From the NCBI GenBank assembly GCA_012295275.1, contig CM022671.1, forward strand, positions 24,056,001-24,120,000: a stretch of DNA of 64,000 nt, given 5' to 3'. This DNA is from Chrysomallon squamiferum. Its lineage: Eukaryota; Animalia; Mollusca. Position numbers and translations under genes: made by a program. The notes beneath the pieces were generated by a model. It was not told the DNA's origin. It was given only the letters and a program-made list of their open reading frames with translations, and ran no database searches. Below are positions 15,203 to 27,921 of the stretch, in pieces (position 1 is the stretch's first letter; every line of letters begins with the position of its first letter).

Positions 15203-16653
15203 TTACTACTGAACTACTATTATCACTATTACTACTACTACTTCAGCCACTACTGTTATTATTTATATTTCCACCACCATAGAAGTCCGTTATACTGGTA
15301 TAGGTATTTTACCAACAATAACCGATGCATAACAAATCAGAGGTAAATTTGTCCTACTATAGTCTGACAAAATAATAGAATCGTCGACGTAAGTAATATT
15401 AATAACAATGGTAACAACACCAGTGAAACGCAGTTGCAGTAGATTCGGAAGTTGTATATAACAAATAAATTGTCAGCTTACAATGAACGTCTCCCCTGTT
15501 GGTAAGTGTTACAGTCTGAATATGAAACAGTCCTTGTAAATCCACAATCCACCATGGATCTTGGTCGTACATGTTGGTGATGCTGCAGTGATCGTACGCC
15601 ATGTATGTTCCAACGTTGCCATCAACGGCATAGTGAGAATCTTCACGCTGAAACATACTGCTCATAGCTGTATGCTTGCCAGCAGCAACATTCGCAGGTG
15701 TATTGCCTAAAATACAAATATTCTATATCATAGTACACCTACATAGATATGTTCATAAATATTCCTGTGTTGGTGATAGGAGCTCCCAGTCTTTCATGTT
15801 TTAATTATTACAAAATCGGGCTTTTATTCTGTAATAAAGTTAATAAAGAAATGGTCTTGGGAGTGCCACTGGACTTGTTTTCAGCGTCCAGCATGTGTTC
15901 TTTCCTGTCTGTGGTATGATGGGTATAAGAAGATTATTGTTAAAAATTGAAATGCGTCGATTATGAAATGGCAACATGGCTTTTAAAAAAAAAAAAAAAA
16001 AAAATCTCTTTTTATCATTACTGTACTTTTATTTAACTAGATTGTTAAACTAAAAATAATTAATATTAAAATATTTTGATATGTCAGTGAATATTTAATA
16101 ATTTATCTGAAAAGTAGTAGCAAAAAAAAATAACTCTATGGTATTTAGTTGTGCGAGAAACGCACTTTGGGGATTACTCCTTTTCCCACGGAACTGAAGA
16201 AAATGTCTATAAATTTAGAGACTTACTGGATATAACGTTACACTGGACTCCTGCATCACGCGAATGTTCGCATGTTGTCGTTCCCGAGACGTTTATCTTG
16301 CAAGCATCAATCGCGTCTTCAGATCCAGCACACTGAACATTATCGAGGACAAGTCCTTTGCCAAGGCCATACGTACCACCGCCGACTGCTCTTCCGCCAT
16401 TACTGGGTAAATTTGAATAAAAACCGATATGTTATTTTATTTATTTAAATAAACGTAATCTTGCGGACTTTCTTCAGGCTCAGGTATCAACAGCGTCAGA
16501 CACTTTGAAGTAATTAAAAATATTATCTCAACAAGAATGAACAAAAAAATAAAAATAAATAAATAAATTAAAAAAAAAAATTAAGAAAAAAAAAAAAAAC
16601 GAAAAAAATAACAACCCAAAACAAAAAGTTCAATATTAATAAGGATAGCAGTG

Positions 16654-16711
<58 letters not shown>

Positions 16712-18543
16712 TAATAATAATAAGAGTATGTATTTCTTTTGGTAAGTATAAATAGAATATCCAATATAGCTGAAAAGTAGATGAAATCATGTTTCCACTG
16801 TTAAACTTTATCTGTTATAATAATAATAATAATTTAAAAGAAAGAAAGAAAGAAAAAAAAAATCAAACCCTCAAGAAATGTTCAATCTATATTAACAAAA
16901 TACGATTAAATATTTTATTTCGTATATAAATATGCGTTCATAATTAGTGTCATCAACTTTAAAAAATAAGATTTTTTTCTTTCTGAAACATTTTCACGAT
17001 TTTCATCTTCAGTTATATATTACGTTGTTCTTTTATTTATAACAGTTGTCGGAAGGTGTAAAAACTCATCAAACACTAGAAACTAAAAAAGATTTCGTAC
17101 TTGTATCCTAGCATTCTGCAAACTACCGCTGCGTCATTGTCATCCCAGTTGCCGTTATCACAGACGGTTCCACGAACTCCTTTCCGAATTATTTCTACAC
17201 GACCTTCGCTTCTTTTAGTCCCGTTTACTAATTCTACCGCCACGTCAGCGGCTGTTGTTTAAGACAAACATAGAAACTTACAAACTATTTCCAATTTCAG
17301 AGAGAAAAAAAAAAAAAAAAAAAAAAACATATATATATATGTATGTATATTTATATATATAAAACTAAAATAAATAAATAAATAAATAAAATAAAATAAA
17401 TAAACGATACAAACAGTAAAAGATTTAAATAACGCAAATACATAAAGATTGCTTTTGGATTCTTACGAACGTATTTCACATTTATTTTATTCTAAACATG
17501 GACATTTGTGAATGTATATGTACGTGTATGTATCTGTCTCCATGTTTATATGTACTAGTGTACATCATGCATTTGTGTGTGTGTGTGTGTATGTGCGAGT
17601 GTTGGTGTATATATATAAATTACATAGTGACAATTGGGGTCTCTATCCTTTTATATTGAATATCTCATATCATTTTATTAGACGTTCCCAACACCAAGCC
17701 ACGGAATGATTTGTCTTGTTACGATTCAAAGTGTATAAGCCTAGTGGACTGAGTACATTGACAATTTATTTTGTAGAGTCCAGCAATGATTATAATGATC
17801 TTTATTCTGATAATATTAATTTGGTATGGCATTAAAAACATTCAGTGATTAGAAATCAGAGTGAAATAAAAAGTTTAGTCCATAATTTAGATTCATACTT
17901 ACTGGATACTGTGTTACACCTTACTCCCACGTCCAAAGCATGACGACAGTACATCTTCTCACCCCAAGAAGATTTATTGCAGGCATCTATTGTAACTTCA
18001 GAGCCTTTGCATTCTAGATAGTACAGCCATATCTCACCTGTTCCTTCTCCGAATACTGAACCATTGTACGGTGTTCCTCCGTAACTGGAAACATAACAAA
18101 AACAACAGTAACAAACATACAAAAAACAAACAAAAAACAACAACAAAAACAACAATCCAACAACAACAACTACAATAACAGCAATCCTGGGGCATCTCAA
18201 TAGTATATATGTATATGTGTATATATATATATATTTTTTTTTTTAAAGCAAATCAACTAATCAAACAAAATAGCCCGCTTTAACAATTTCCATTGATAAT
18301 GAAAACAAGAAAAGAACTTGTTCGTTTTTTTCTTTGTGATTGCTTAATATTCTCTGGAAGAATACAGATTTCTTACTCGTATCCCAGCATTCTGCAAACT
18401 ACAGCAGCATCTTTGTCATTCCACTCCAAATCACACACCGTTCCCCGAACTCCATTTCGAATTATTTCTACACGACCTTCGTTTGGTACTGACCCATTCA
18501 CTAATTCTACTATTATTCCACCGTAACCAGTCACAGCTTCAGA

Positions 18544-18618
<75 letters not shown>

Positions 18619-19787
18619 CATAATACTAATCATAATAATAAGAATCATAATACTAATCATAATAATAATAATAAGAAGAAGAAGAAGAAGAAGAAGGAGG
18701 AGGAGGAGGAGGAGGAGAAGAAGGAGAAGGAGGAGGAGGAGAGGAGAAGAAGAAGGCGAACGAGGAGCAGAAGGTCAAGAAGAAGAAGGAGGAGGAGGAG
18801 GAGGAGAAGGAGGAGGAGAAGAAGAAGGAGGAGAAGAAGGTCAAGAAGAAAGGAGAGAGGAGGAGAAGAAGAAGAAGGAGGAGAAGAGAAGAAGAAGAGA
18901 AGAAGGGAGGGAGAAGAAGAGGAGGAGGAAGGAGGAGGAAGAAGGAAGGAGGAGAAGAAGAAGGAGGAGGAAAAGGAAAAGAAGAAGAAGAGGAGGAGAA
19001 GGAGGAGGAAGGAAGAAGAAGAAGGAGGAGAAGAAGAGAAGAAGGAGGAGGAGGAGAAGAAGAAGGAGAAGAAGAAGGAGGAAGGAGGAGGAAGGAGGAG
19101 AAGGAGGAGGAGGTCAAGAAGAAGAAGGAGGAGAAGGACAGGAGGAGAAAAAAGAAGGAGGAGGAGGAGAAGAAGGAGCAGGAGAAGAAGAAGAAGGAGG
19201 AGGAGGAGCAGAAGGTCAAGAAGAAGAAGAGCAAGACGAAGAAGGAGGAGGAGGAGAAGAAGAAGAAGGAGGAGGAGAAGAAGGAGGAGAAAAAGGAGGA
19301 GCAGAGCAAGAAGAAGAAGGAGGAGGAGGAGAAGAAGAAGAAGAAGGAGGAGAAGGACAAGAAGAAGAAGGAGGAGAAGAACAAGAAGAAGGAGGAGGAG
19401 GAGAAGAAGAAGAAGGAGGAGGAGAAGAAGAAGAAGGAGGAGGAGGAGAAGAAGGAGGAGGAGAAGAAGAAGAAGAAGAAGAAGGAGGAGGAGGGAAGGA
19501 GAAGAAGAAGAAGAAGGAGGAGGAGGAGGAGGAGAAGAAGAAGAAGAAGGAGAAGGAGGAGGAGGAGAAGAAGAAGGAGAATGAGGAGGAGAAGAAGGAG
19601 GAGGAGGAGAAGGAGGAAGAGGAGAAGAAGAAGAAGGAGGAGGAGGAGAAGAGAAGAAGGAGGAGGAGGATAAGAAGAAGAAAGAAGATAAAAGAAGGAG
19701 GAGGAGGAGAAGAAGAAGAAGGAAGGAGGAGGAGGAAGAGAAGAGAAGAAGGAGTAACGGAGAAGAAGAAGGAGGGCTTTTTTAAAT

Positions 19788-19828
<41 letters not shown>

Positions 19829-20523
19829 ATGAACGAATAAACAAATAAATAATTAAATAAACAACGAACGAATGAACTAACCAAATACACAAAGAGACAA
19901 ACAACCAACCAACCAACCAACCAACCAAGCAACCAACCAAGCAACCAACCAAACAAACAATCAATCAAACAATAAATAAATAAATAAATAAATAAACTAA
20001 TGAATGCTTTAATAAATGATAAATAAATAAATAAATAATTGGACAAGCATATAGGCATATTTATGAATGAATAATAAATATATAAACGAATTAGTAAAGA
20101 AATAAACGAATAAATGAACAAACAAATGAATGCTTTAATAAAAAAATAAATAAAACGATCAGTTAACTTACGCGGTGAAGAAAAGCATTTCACTCCAGCG
20201 TCTTCGTTATGTCCGCAGTTTGACACACCCCAGTCTCTGTGTTTGCATTGTTCAATCGTAGTCTCAAGTCCTTCACATCTTACATCATCTAACCAGATCG
20301 TACCCGAGCCTTGTTTGAACCTGGCAGTGATCCCACCAAACCTGCGAAGAAAATGTTGAACACAAAACGAATGATGTTCGTACAAACACAGATGCCAGAT
20401 CAAACAGTCTGCAACGACAGACAAAAAGATGTAGCTCACTGCGAAAGAACATCTTGATCTACACATTTTTTTAGACATACGTATAATGCTGTTGTATTAA
20501 TATGGAAGGTTGGATTGCTAACT

Positions 20524-20608
<85 letters not shown>

Positions 20609-21453
20609 AATTATTTCTGTTACAAGATATTAAAATATAGCTATGGAAATATAAAGTTCTCACGTTGAACCGAACAACATTCTGCAAATGACGATGGCCG
20701 CCCGATTATTCCAACCATCATCACAGACAGTTCCCCGGATTCCTTCCCGAACGATTTCAACACGACCTTCCCTTTCGTTTCTACCTCCCACCAGTTCGAC
20801 AACGATACTGTGTACAGCTGAAGTAAGTGAAATTACCTTTACTTTTGATTTCCTTTAGTTAGTTAACAATGCTACGTTCGTCTGACTTAACAAATTAGAT
20901 TATTATATTTCGTGAAATAATAACCGTGATGTCTATACTTATTACTCGTGTTAGTTATGTAGTCTATGTTCCCTCTTCAGGAACCAAAAAGTAAATGTTC
21001 TTTTCGAGAAAATACAAAAAAACAACAACAACAAAAAAAAAAAAAAAAAAAAAAAATAAATAAAAAAAAAAAAAACAGAAAAATAAGAAAGAAGATACAA
21101 AAATAAAATAAAACAAAAGAGAAACAAACAACAAACAAAAAACAAAAACAAAAACAGCCCACAAAAAAAACCAGAAACTGAAAAGAAAAACAAGCAACAA
21201 AAAAACCCATCCCCGCAACTACAACAAACAACCCGTCAATAATGAAAATACCCAAGCAAATTCTGGTTTTATAATCTTGTGTGTTACACATTTCATTGCA
21301 TGTAATTTATAGCATATTAGAAAGAAAAATATCAATATATGTAATAATTATTTTCAAAAACTTACCTATGATATTAATATTCAAGAGTAAAAATACTAAC
21401 ATATTTGCAAATCCAAGTTTGGAACTATGATTTCTTATAACAGAATCTGCCAT
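14329..21453 (-). CDS. Multidomain lectin: leader + 3x SRCR + F-type (fucolectin/FTP) domain + PAN/Apple domain, ~596 aa, 10 coding exons
   Basis: Leader exon 21366-21453 ([29 protein letters not shown]). SRCR1 at 20664-20817 + 20172-20341 ([16 protein letters not shown]...GTVCDDGW...VICRML; [10 protein letters not shown]...[11 protein letters not shown]). SRCR2 at 18377-18536 + 17903-18084. SRCR3 at 17101-17251 + 16227-16402. F-type domain at 15482-15706 + 14797-15039 ([37 protein letters not shown]). PAN at 14329-14570 ([25 protein letters not shown]). The exons sum to 1791 nt in frame and all introns are GT-AG. No C-terminal TM segment. Confidence 0.9.
15850..15985 (+). mobile_element. Possible degenerate SINE-like fragment in a lectin-gene intron
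   Basis: The stretch 'atgtgttctttcctgtctgtggtatgatgggtataagaagat' resembles from memory a common gastropod interspersed repeat. Not searched. Confidence 0.3.
18545..19776. repeat. (AAT)n followed by a ~1.1 kb GAA/GAG polypurine tract in the intron between SRCR1 and SRCR2
   Basis: Almost pure A/G on the + strand from ~18674 to ~19776. Confidence 0.95.
20528..20606. repeat. (GA)n microsatellite in the intron splitting SRCR1
   Basis: Perfect GA run. Confidence 0.95.
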
Positions 21454-21841
21454 CTTTTTCTTCAGTTACAAGAACGACGATGTTTGGAACTCAGTATGAC
21501 TTTGTCTTTTGTGTACAGAAGTAACAGTAGTCTTTGTATTCGTAACAACAAATGGTGACTTTCTCTAATTCTTTAGCCTGCTGGCTAGCATAAAAACCCC
21601 ACATTATTATTATTTTATGGAGACGATACACCCTTTGGTTAGTTGATTTTAATCTTTGATTTGAGTGCTGAGAATAAAGAAACCCCATCTTAATAATAAT
21701 TATCATCAGTATCTTCATCATCATCGTTATTATTGTTGTTATTATTATTATTATTATTATTATTCATAATATAAATTTACTAATTATTATACTTACAATC
21801 ACTACAAACGCACTAGAGTACCTTCAGTTGAATATACTTAC

Positions 21842-21995
21842 GGTGCATTTTCTTATCCATAATTCAAAGCACGTTTGGCGATGAAAGTAAAGTAATTCTC
21901 AAAGGAAGTGTTTTGTTCTAAGAGACCGTGTATTTATAGTTCATTATCATAATTGTTTAATGCACTTTTTACGAAGGATCCAGAATTTCTGGACG
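21842..21995 (-). promoter_or_regulatory. Promoter cassette 1 of the SRCR-lectin gene: TATA box, short 5'UTR exon and upstream palindrome
   Basis: Minus-strand TATAAATA at 21931-21938. GTAAGT donor at 21836-21841, ~90 nt downstream. Palindrome TCCAGAA-T-TTCTGGA at 21979-21993. Confidence 0.55.
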
Positions 21996-22902
21996 GTGGA
22001 GGTAACATCATTGATGGTTAATGTTTTAAAACATCAGCTCCGTCCTGCTTAAGTAATAATCATGTTTTTCTATATATTGTAGATAGATTACTCTGATTAG
22101 ACTAATAAAATATAATATTTTGGACTAAATTTGTGTTCAGCGACCAATCCATTGAGTAAACTTTAACCAGCACAAGCGAACTGAGATCACTCAGTCTATT
22201 ATGATGTGTTCTACACAATGTTTTTAACTGGTTGCTCGATCGAAGTCAAGTTTATTAATACATGTCTTCTTTCAATATCATAAAACGAGTGTGACAGAAC
22301 ATGACAGTTATATTATTTAACAGTATATATCGAAAGTTTTATTTCTTACAAATATATATATATCAGAAACACTTAATTTTAGTCTTTAATATTAAAATGA
22401 AAGTATTCATTATTACTGACTCACTGAAAACATGTTAATAAAGCGAGCAAATATATTTTAAAATGTGTTAAGCAGATAACACATAATGTTATAAAACCAG
22501 ATTGTTTCTCTTTGATTTTATTTATTTATTTATTTAAATAATATATTTAAAAAAAAAACAAATAAACAACAAAACATAAGAGAAACAAAAATAACAACAA
22601 AAAAAGAAGAAAGAAAGAAGATACAAAAATAAAATGTAACAAAACAGAAACAATAAAAAAGAAAAAGGTAAAAAAACAACTTAAAAAACTTCAACAACAA
22701 TAAAAACAAAACAACAACAACAACAACAACAAAAAACAACAACTCCACAGCGACAATAAGAAACAAATAAAAAACCACCACGAAAAAGCCAAGCAAATTC
22801 TGGTTTTATAATCTTGTGTGTTACACATTTCATTGCATGTAATTTATAGCATATCAGAAAGAAAAATATCAATATATGTAATAATTATTTTCAAAAACTT
22901 AC

Positions 22903-22990
22903 CTATGATATTAATATTCAAGAGTAAAAATACTAACATATTTGCAAATCCAAGTTTGGATATGTCATTTCTTTTAACAGAATCTGCCAT
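22903..22990 (-). CDS. Duplicate leader exon 2 (candidate alternative first coding exon of the SRCR-lectin gene)
   Basis: 88 nt, [29 protein letters not shown], intact phase-1 GTAAG donor. Its TATA is changed to TATACATA (23455-23462). Confidence 0.7.
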
Positions 22991-24281
22991 CTTTTTCTTC
23001 AGTTACAAGAACGAAGATGTTTGGAACTCAGTATGACTTTGACTTTTGTGTACAGAAGTTACAGTAGTCTTTATATTCGTAACAACAAATGGTGACTTTC
23101 TCTAATTCTTTAGCCTGCTGGTTAGCATAAAAACCCACATTATTATTATTTTATGGAGACGATATACGCTTTGGTTAGTTGATTTTAATCTTTGATTTGA
23201 GTACTGAGAATGAAGAAACCCCATCTTAATAATAATTATCATCAGTAATTCCTCATCATCGTTATTATTATTATTATTATTATTACTGCATAATATAAAT
23301 TTACTAATTATTATACTTACAATCACTACAAACGCACAAGAGTACCTTCAGTTGAATATACTTACGGTGCATTTTCTTATCCATAATTCAAAGCACGTTT
23401 GGCGATGAAAATAAAGTAATTCTCAAAGGAAATGTTTTGTTCTAAGAGACAGTGTATGTATAGTTCATTATCATAATTGTTTAATGCACTTTTTACGAAG
23501 GATCCAGAATTCCTGGACGGTGGAGGTAACATCATTGATGGTTAATGTTTTAAAACATCAGCTCCGTCCTGCTTAAGTAATAATCATGTTGCTCGATATT
23601 GTAGATAGATTACTCTGATTAGGCTAATAAAATATAATATTTTGGAATAAATTTGTGTTCAGCGGCCAATCCATTGAGTAGACTTTAATGAACACAAGCA
23701 AACTGAGATCACTCAGTCTATTATGAGGTTTTCTACTCAATGCTTTTAACTGGTAGGTCGATCAAAGTCAAGTTTATTAGTACGTTTCTTCTTTCGACAT
23801 CATAAATTGTCTGACTTTAAAACGATTATGTTACAACACGATAGTTTTATTATTTAACAGTATGTATCGAAAGATTTAGTACGTTAGTCTGATAATTATT
23901 GATTACTATACAAAAAAAAAATATATTAAAAAAACCCGGCAATAAGAAAACAAAATAGAGTCAACAACAAAACAGAAACGACAACAACAACAAAAAAAAA
24001 AAATAAAAAAATATATAAAAAATAAAAATAGTATACGAAAATCAAATATATAACCCTCCCCAAAAAATCCAACGAAACAACAACAACAAACAAACAAACA
24101 AAAAATAAAACAAAAACGAACAGCAACAAAACAAATAAAACAAATAAACCAACAACAACCAGAAACCGAAACCAGTTCTGGTTTTATAGTCTCGTGTGTT
24201 ACACAATTTATTTCATGTAATGTATTGCATATTAGAAAGAGAAACCTGAATATAAGCAATAATTATTTTTTAAAAACTTAC

Positions 24282-24369
24282 CTATAATATTAATATTCAA
24301 GAGTAAAAATACTAACATATTTGCAAATCCAAGTTTGGAACTATCATTTCTTGTAACAGAATCTGCCAT
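24282..24369 (-). CDS. Duplicate leader exon 3 (candidate alternative first coding exon)
   Basis: 88 nt, [29 protein letters not shown], intact phase-1 GTAAG donor. TATAAATA is intact at 24761-24768. Confidence 0.7.
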
Positions 24370-24530
24370 CTTCTTCTTCAGTAACAAGAACGAAAATGTT
24401 TGAAACTTAGTATGACTTTGTCTTTTGTTTATGGAAGTAACAGTAGTCTTTGTATTCGTAATAACGTAATAATTTAATTTGAATACTGAGAATAAAGAAA
24501 CCCCATCTTAATAATAATCAAAAGTATCTA

Positions 24531-24563
<33 letters not shown>

Positions 24564-25894
24564 ATAATTATTATTATTATTATTATTATTATTACATAAC
24601 ATACATTTACTAATTATTATACTTTTAATCATTACAAACGCACTACGGTAGTTCAGTTGTTTGTTTCTAACGGTGCCTTTTGTTATCTATAATTGAAAGC
24701 ACGTTTGGCGACGAAAGTAAAGTAATTCTCAAAGGTAATGTTTTGTTCAAATAGACAGCGTATTTATAAATACCATAATTCTTTAATGTATTTTACCGGA
24801 GGATCCAGAATTGTTCGCCGGAGTATAAATTTTTCAAGCAAAAAATACATTAATTTTAAATAGGAAATACCCTTTATATTTAAGAAACGTTGAGAAGTTA
24901 TTCTGATCCAGATAAAGTTTATTACGTAGTTAGCTTTATGCTATTTTTTCTGTTTTCAAATTATTTTAGTAAATTTTTTCTTATTTTTATTTTTTATTTT
25001 TTTTTTTTTGAATATTTTGTATCATTTTTATGTTTTTTCCTGTCAAATTATGAATCATATTCTAAGTTTTACGTTAGCAAATATTCAATAGAGTTTTGTT
25101 TATATAATTAATAAATGGATATTAGTCTCGTAATGAAATAATTTTACGTCTTAAATATTATTGGGCGAAACAAAATAAATAAATAAGTGTTAATGAAAAG
25201 ATATAAATAGTAATTTATAATTGTATCTTCTATTTTTTCTCTCGATCTTTGTGTCGATCTTCTTTCTTTTCTTTCTCTTTCTCTCTTTCTCATTCTATAT
25301 CTCTGTCTTTATTATGCCTCTCTCTTTCTTTCTCTCTTATTTTTTTTCTTATTATTTGGTCTTTATTTTTCTGACGCCTGCAAAATTACATTCGAGTTTG
25401 TTTCTAAAGAAGAAACAACAAAGCTTTTTTTTGCTTTCTCTCCGTGTTCTTTCATTTCTTTCTCTTTTTTTATCTCTCTTTCTTTATCACTCTTTCTCAT
25501 GCTGTATCTCTGACTTCACTCTGCTTCATTCCTACTCTCTCTGATGGTTTCTATCGCTGAATCTCTATTTATTTATGTTCTCCCTTTTTCACTCTCCGTG
25601 ATGTTGATTATTTTTACATCTATTTCACTTTTTCTCTTTGGTGTTTATTATTTTGACGACTACAAAATGATATACGAGCCTGTCAACGGAATCTCCCCCC
25701 CCAACAAAAACAACAACAACAACAACAACAAAAACCCCACCTCAGAACAGTTCTAAACCTTTAAATATGTGAAATGAAGAATAACGTGAACGTTAATTAT
25801 GCAGTATAGATGACAACCCAAAACCTTTCAGAGAACTTGAATAAATAATATCCATTCTATTTAATTTTATTTTACTTCATCTACATTATGTGTG

Positions 25895-27338
25895 TGTACT
25901 GGAGCAATGCTAGCAAGATGGGTTAAGATGACTCTTTCCCATTCGGAGCTTTCGTTAGCGCTGCGAACTGTATAGACATGTGACATGACCATATATGGCA
26001 ACTGCTGCCTAGCGTTTAAGGGGGAACATTCTCAGAGAGTGAGGATAGCACACTGGCCCTTGACATGTCAGGACCTTAAACAATTGTTAGTGAAGGTGAG
26101 CATTTTTGCATTTGGTTAATAGCGGTTTCACTTATTTTGTGCTACAGATCACCTGAGATCAGTAGTTAATTTACTTTTATCGTATTCATTTTAATATATC
26201 TACTAAAAAGAATAAGTAAGATATTACAGATTAAAGATGAGACAATAATTATATTTTACTGCCCAATTTTATTTGCGGACTTTAATTTATTTCGAATATG
26301 CTAGCGCACAATTTATTAAATGTCTTGGCGTAACTTCAAGAAATAGTAGTTACAGTTCATAATAATTAACATGATTCTGTATTAGTTTTAGACATAGTGT
26401 TTTCTATGTAAACTCACTGATACATATTGATTATTTCTGTTCAGATGGCGACACTGGTTGTGTGGGGTAAGTGTTACTGACATCACTACCTAAGAATATT
26501 GCAGATGTTTTATATTGCATATGTGTAACTGTTAATTTATACATACTGTTTTCTTTAAATATGAATATCTCAATGATATATATATATATTTTTTTTTAAT
26601 ATAACCAAAATATAAATAATAATTACAGAAAATTGATGTATATATTCATTTAAAAGGCTTGTGGTTCAATTATTATTAATGTCTTATATATGTTTATATA
26701 TTGTTAATGTCTTATAGAGACTTTTATACATTGTAATTTTATATTGATAGATTATTTTATCACTATCAGACTGAGAGGGTCTATATTAATGTCATCATTA
26801 ATTTATGTTACTTCTATTTAAAATACGATTGTGATATATTTAATAAAATGGATAGGGAATACTGAACCGTAGCAGTTTTACTCATGGATAACTCCTCACT
26901 GAAGCATGACTAATAAACTTTGACAGTTGATATTAATATTTAAGTGCATGTAATTGATTTCTCCTCATGTTAGATTGTAATGAACTGTATATTAATTTAT
27001 CACGTATTTATCACACATTTTTTAAAATATATTTGTTTATACTTATATTCTTTTCCTCTAAACATCAGAGTTTTTGCTTTTTATATTGTTTTTGCTTCTT
27101 TTTTTGTTTTTTTGGGATGATTTTACAGTTGTAGAATCTTTATTATGCTTTGTATTAGTTAAATATAGTTTTATGAACCTGGTCAGTTTGTCCTTCTTGG
27201 AGAAGCCAGAGATACAATGTTGTAAATGTAAATGCTTCTGTATCAGCCATTAAAGCCTTTTTGATTTGAAACCCCGTCTTGGTTGTTTGTCCTCGGGAAA
27301 TGATTTATTATGAATAACTTAAGAGTTAGTTACGTACA
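25895..27338 (+). mobile_element. ~1.44 kb insertion, candidate solo LTR
   Basis: Absent at the equivalent position of the other array spacers (after 'ttacttcatctacatt'). Inverted termini TGTAC...GTACA. ATTAAA at 27249-27254, ~85 bp from the 3' end. Internal + strand splice signals. No clean TSD (TG/TA repeat flanks). Confidence 0.55.
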
Positions 27339-27550
<212 letters not shown>

Positions 27551-27921
27551 TTATAATGTTTTAATATATTTTTTAACTTTCGTAAATCCCTAAGAGGATT
27601 CTCCGTCTGTTTATAAACGTACCAATGTAAATTTAAGTTTATATCTACATACACCCAAACACATACACAGATATGTATATGTATTTAAATAAAACTGTGT
27701 GAAAGACCTGGTCGTTTTAACAATAGCAGGAGGACCAGGAATGGATTATTAACAATCTTGATTACACGTGAACTATGTGTGTATGGGTTATATTTATATA
27801 CACAAAACAACAAGGTCTCTCGAGATACAGATGGCAGAACGACGAAGAGAAGAAACACAATGAAAGACAAATAACTGAAGCAAAATCAGGTAGACCTCAT
27901 TAACAGACAAAAGACTCTTAC

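Larger units (their letters stand above)
21230..24830. repeat. Three tandem ~1.4-1.5 kb copies of the promoter + UTR exon + leader-exon cassette
   Basis: Near-identical blocks begin at ~21250, ~22790 and ~24175 (ttctggttttata...cttacctat...atctgccatc...aaagcacgtttggcga...ggatccagaa). Confidence 0.9.

Noticed and set aside
18653-19384. 243-aa Phe/Ser/Pro/Leu ORF, the longest in the track
   Set aside because: It is the reverse reading of the GAA/GAG tract inside an intron, with no coding complexity.
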